NCBI GenBank assembly: GCA_002269645.1
Contig: NIVC01005165.1
Span: 1-24,007 of the forward strand
Source of the DNA: Macrostomum lignano
Lineage: Eukaryota
Length of the DNA: 24,007 nt
Direction of reading: 5' to 3'
How positions within the stretch are numbered: position 1 is the stretch's first letter; each line of letters starts with the position of its first letter. Below are positions 20,540-24,007 of the stretch, piece by piece. The notes under the pieces were generated by a model. The model was given only the letters and a program-made list of their open reading frames with translations, was not told where the DNA came from and made no database searches. The translations under genes were made by a program, and so were the position numbers.

Positions 20540-20807
20540 GTCTATGGCCAAAACTGTGTCAAACAAGAAAAACATGTACTACACCTTTTCACGTTCAATT
20601 TTGATCAAAGTCCAGTTCTAAAAAAACTAGCGGAAATTCAATTCAGATAATTCAGACTTGGGCAACAAACCACCGTTCAAAACATTATGCAACCGAAGCA
20701 AGTTTTAGCCATAGACAAAATTGTCCCCAGTCTGAATCGTCTGAATTGAATTTCCGCTAGTTTTTTTAGAACTGGAGTTTGTTCAAAATTGAACGTGAAA
20801 AGGTGTA
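20540..20807. repeat. Two interleaved inverted repeats (MITE-like insertion)
   Basis: 16-bp IR (15/16 identical) at 20540-20555 / 20701-20716, and an ~88-bp IR (~90% identical) at 20580-20668 / 20721-20807. Confidence 0.9.
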
Positions 20808-20913
20808 AAAGCTGCATTCATCCATGCATTAAATAAACGTGAACACAAAACCAGAACAGGAGCAATTAAATGTCACTGTCTATCAACGTTACTGCAGATG
20901 TCAAAGACGCCTA

Positions 20914-22441
20914 TTACTTACCCCCAAAATTAAATGTACAGTTTTCAAAGCGGCAATTTTCGAAAATACGGGACACTTGTGCCTGGGCGTTCATCACTGC
21001 AATAATTTAAAGCGAAACTGTTTTTACACCAAAGGAACATTTATTCACCAACAAACATTTTCTGATAAATAGACATTCATTTAGTTACTCAAACTTACCA
21101 CTTGAAACTTGCACTTCATTAGCCGGCTTGACTTCGACAGGTGAGATACCGTCGACACCTGTCTCAATGCATGGCATGTTTACGCCGTTCGATTGCTTGG
21201 GCACCTCGATAGGACGATCTAAGGCCGTGCTTACAGCCGTCGACGCTTCAAAAACTGCGCGGTCGCGCTTCCTTGATAGATATCGGCGCACCGTTTTTTC
21301 GCTCTTCTGACCGGTGATGCACATGATATCATTCATTCCATGGCCAGTCTCGTGCAAGTCCGCGATTCGCGTCACCCGTATACAATGATTTGTATACTCT
21401 CGAGATAGATTGCATTGCTTGCTAAGCCGTTTCATCAATGAGGTGAACCAATTGATGCCTCGTACCTGCTGAGATAAAAAACGCAAACAACCCGTTATCT
21501 TGTCATTCGTAGTGCTCTTGGAACAAGCAGTCGTCCTTGCGATCCGATGGGAGCAGCGAAATGTTTTTTGACCAGGTCCCGCTGCTTCCCATACAGCCTA
21601 GCTTGCTTCGGGCGGTCGTCCTTACAACGCGTAGGATCGGAAATTTGATTCTTCGTAGGCAGTATTGGAAGCGACATATAGGGTCTGCCATCAGCATCCA
21701 CCTTTGTCAACAGACTGCTTGCTGCCTTCAATGCCGGCAGGTGCTCTTGCCCACGCTCTCCAAAAACGTAAAAAATGGTGAACAATACCTCATCCTGCAA
21801 CTTCTCAGCGGTACTTCCGTCGAAATATGCTCGCAACTTTGTTAGATCAGCGTCCTCGATAGCTTCAAATTGCTTGGTAACGCCTCAGCATTGTGGAATT
21901 CCCTCACCTTCACTCTTAGCATGCGATTGGAGCTCGCAAACTCTTCTCCGTCAATGAAGTTGATAGAGCGCTTCAGAATTAGGTTAAAGTACCGGTGTAT
22001 CCCAGCTCTAATGCACACAAGACTTGACGGCGAATACTTTTCACCGTTCGTCCTCTGCAGACCGAAATAATAATAGCGCAAGTACTCATTCAGCTTCCAC
22101 ACTTCCATCGTCACAGGCGACTCCTTGGTTGTCTCAGAGAGAAACTTCACGAAAGCCTGCCCATGCCGATTCATCTGGTCCACCGTTGACTTTGGCAGTG
22201 ACTGAATTTCTACACCATCCATTCTCGAACTCAGGTCCATGTCGTCGCCCGCCACCTCCGGAAGTTCGGGCAGTTCTTCAGTGCCATGATCGTTCTCAAG
22301 CCACTTAATGAAATCACTCAGGGCCTGGTCATCGTGATGTTCTCCATGCATGCTTGTATCCGACAAAAGTTGCAGCTCGTCCATCTTGACACCATTGAGC
22401 GAGTCGACCGGAATATTTTTCCAATTGATAAATGCAGGCAT
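20914..22441 (-). CDS. Crypton/DUF3504 (KCTD1/KIAA1958-like) tyrosine recombinase; exons 22441-21099 and 20996-20914; frameshifted
   Basis: N-terminal core-binding-like region (LNEYLRYYYFGLQRTNGEKYSPSSLVCIRAGIHRY); catalytic motifs FGERGQE (R), TKN (K), YTNHCIR (HxxR), ITGQKS and RRY (Y). Phase-1 GTAAGT...TTGCAG intron, then VMNAQAQVSRIFENCRFENCTFNFGGK*. Frameshifts at ~21885 and ~21490-21570. Confidence 0.88.
20997..21098 (-). other. 102-bp spliceosomal intron in YR copy 1
   Basis: Minus strand AGTG|GTAAGT ... TTATTGCAG|TGATG. Splicing restores the frame into the cysteine-containing tail, and the same intron position is seen in copy 2. Confidence 0.85.
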
Positions 22442-22578
22442 TTTGAAGCTACAAAAAAGCGTCCCTTAATATGTCAAGAGTGATAAGAAATGGACATCAA
22501 TATTGCAAGTTTTCTGTCTATGGTCCAGGTAACCTCTGAAGACAACATAGCGAGCAACGTTTAGTCTATGGTCAAGAG

Positions 22579-22666
22579 AAAAGTGTGGAATAATGACCGC
22601 GTCAAAAGTGTGGAATAATGGCCGCAAAAGTGTGGAATAATGGCCGCAAAAGTGTGGAATAATGAC
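22579..22666. repeat. Four-copy 22-bp tandem AAAAGTGTGGAATAATGGCCGC
   Basis: Copies start at 22579, 22604, 22626 and 22648. It is the reverse complement of the outer part of the motif at 20410 and 23511. Confidence 0.95.
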
Positions 22667-22718
22667 TGCGCGCTGAGTGAAAGTATAAATACAATGCACT
22701 TGTGTAGTATGCAACTTC

Positions 22719-22779
22719 GTTGAATAATGGCATAGACACTCGTGCGCTACGCGCACTCGTGTTTTGGCCATTATTCAAC
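22719..22779. repeat. 61-bp imperfect hairpin built on the GGCCATTATT motif
   Basis: GTTGAATAATGGC-ATAG-ACACTCGTGCGC / TAC / GCGCACTCGTGT-TTTG-GCCATTATTCAAC; about 24 of 29 positions pair. Confidence 0.85.
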
Positions 22780-22986
22780 TCAGTGCAGTTGCATACTATA
22801 CAATTTACCATTGTTTGGCGAGCGCCGGTAGGCGCGAGCCATAGACAAATCGTTGTCACCTACTGCGACCGCTGATTCTTTGCATTGTTTTTCTGTTTGA
22901 GGATCCTAAAAACAATGCATTGTTTGTAGTAATGTATTGTTCTGCATAAAAAATGCGAATAATGATCGTCAAATTGCTAAACAATG

Positions 22987-23189
22987 CAATGGCCGTATGC
23001 AGAAAGCTTAGTCCAGACTAGCTAGTCCAGACTTGGGTAGTTCAGTCTATAGTCTATGGTCTATAGCTACCCTTGTTCTGTCTATAGTAGACCGGTCTAA
23101 CTTTGTGTTTCTGCATACCAAATCCAAGTCCAGGCTGGCTTTTCAAGACCGGACTACCCTAGACAGAGCTTTCTGCATACGGCCCATTG
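22987..23189. mobile_element. ~200-bp MITE-like element with 22-bp terminal inverted repeats
   Basis: CAATGGCCGTATGCAGAAAGCT at 22987-23008 versus AGCTTTCTGCATACGGCCCATTG at 23167-23189 (one indel). Internal AGTCCAGACT x2, a GTCTAT(A/G) tandem and the palindrome TAGACCGGTCTA. No clear TSD or superfamily. Confidence 0.7.
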
Positions 23190-23735
23190 TGTCTAGTTTC
23201 GTTTGGGCCACAAATGGGCCACTATGGCCATCATCTGGCTTGCGCCAAGTGGAAAATGCTATGACACAAATCCCTAGAATCGCTTAGTGAACAATTCCCG
23301 TCTGGGAAGTTGTGTCCTAGCCGTTTTGAATTGGTTTTTGGACGAAACTAGACACAATTCCACTATCAAGAGGTCACGCTTCACACACAACTGCCTTACC
23401 GCGTCTCGGCCTACCGGCCTCGACCTATGGCAGTTTTATGTGAAGCTTAACCTCTTGATAATCCTACATTGTAATTATACTTTTACCCAGACGCAATGAA
23501 AAAATATTTAGGCCATTATTCCACAGTTTTGATGTGTACCATAGACATTTGGATTGAAAAAATCCATCGCACAGTATTTTTGTAATAAATACAGAACAAC
23601 AAGAAGTAAATGAACAAAAAGGAAAAATCATTAAAACTAAAGTACCAGCTACACGAAAAGAGTTAATAATAAATGTCACAGCTAGTGCAGTTCATCAGTT
23701 TGTAGTCGAAATTTGACAATGTAAAAATCAATTTG

Positions 23736-24007
23736 TCACCCAAAGTGAAACATGCAGTTCTCAAAGCCGCAGTTCCCAAAGATGCTCGACACTTTAGCCT
23801 GATGATTTGGCTGCAAAAGGAGTTGGTCTATTTTGAATGTTTTCTATGAAAGAGAAATACAGGTGCTCAAGTATAGTTGCCGAACTTACCATTTGAAAGA
23901 TGCACGTCTTGGTTAAGTTGGCATGCGACTGATGAGCTTCGTCTGATGAGCCTCTTTGGTACCGCAGTATCCAAGCTGGATTCTTTGGGACTGGCGGCTG
24001 CTCGACT
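23736..24007 (-). CDS. 3' end of a second, paralogous Crypton-like tyrosine recombinase gene (exons >24007-23890 and 23810-23736)
   Basis: ...NQDVHLSNG|GTAAGT (79-bp intron) TTTTGCAG|...HQAKVSSIFGNCGFENCMFHFG*, homologous to copy 1 (NEVQVSSG| ... QAQVSRIFENCRFENCTFNFG). 46 of 63 nt are identical without gaps in the last exon. One extra base follows the acceptor. The catalytic domain would lie beyond the window. Confidence 0.8.

Larger units (their letters stand above)
20410..22666 (-). mobile_element. Crypton-like tyrosine-recombinase DNA element, copy 1, with inverted terminal motifs
   Basis: The YR gene is bracketed by GGCCATTATTCCACACTTTT-N8-CCATAGAC at 20410-20445 and its inverted counterpart starting GTCTATGG at 22564 and running into the 22-bp array. 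Exact ends are inferred. Confidence 0.65.

Noticed and set aside
19234-21890. Programmed frameshifting in the ankyrin and YR genes
   Set aside because: Small indels affect every gene in the window, often at homopolymers, and no slippery-site/pseudoknot pattern was seen. Assembly error or decay is more likely.

Overview
Eukaryotic, repeat-rich genomic DNA. The style is consistent with a free-living flatworm such as Macrostomum, but that is inference from composition and gene types only. About half the window is tandem repeat: (CTGT)n, a 24-bp and a 14-bp minisatellite, (GTTA)n and a ~10-kb (GATA)n array. The long ORFs over these repeats, including the 3400-aa one, are artefacts. Real coding content: (1) a two-exon class A GPCR (292-612 joined to 3697-4722; exon 1 is readable only after correcting several 1-bp indels); (2) a decayed RTE-clade LINE on the minus strand whose YADD core is deleted; (3) an intronless ankyrin-repeat gene ending in a CCCC cluster; (4) two tandem, same-strand, diverged Crypton/DUF3504-like tyrosine recombinase (YR) genes that share a conserved 3' intron. 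The best candidate for an undescribed system is 20.1-24.0 kb. There the YR genes sit among nine exact copies of CCATAGAC, a longer GGCCATTATT...CCATAGAC motif in both direct and inverted orientation, a 22-bp iteron-like array and several hairpins or MITE-like palindromes. This suggests a site-specific YR element family stacking at a shared att-like site. All genes carry small indels, so assembly error cannot be separated from pseudogenisation here.
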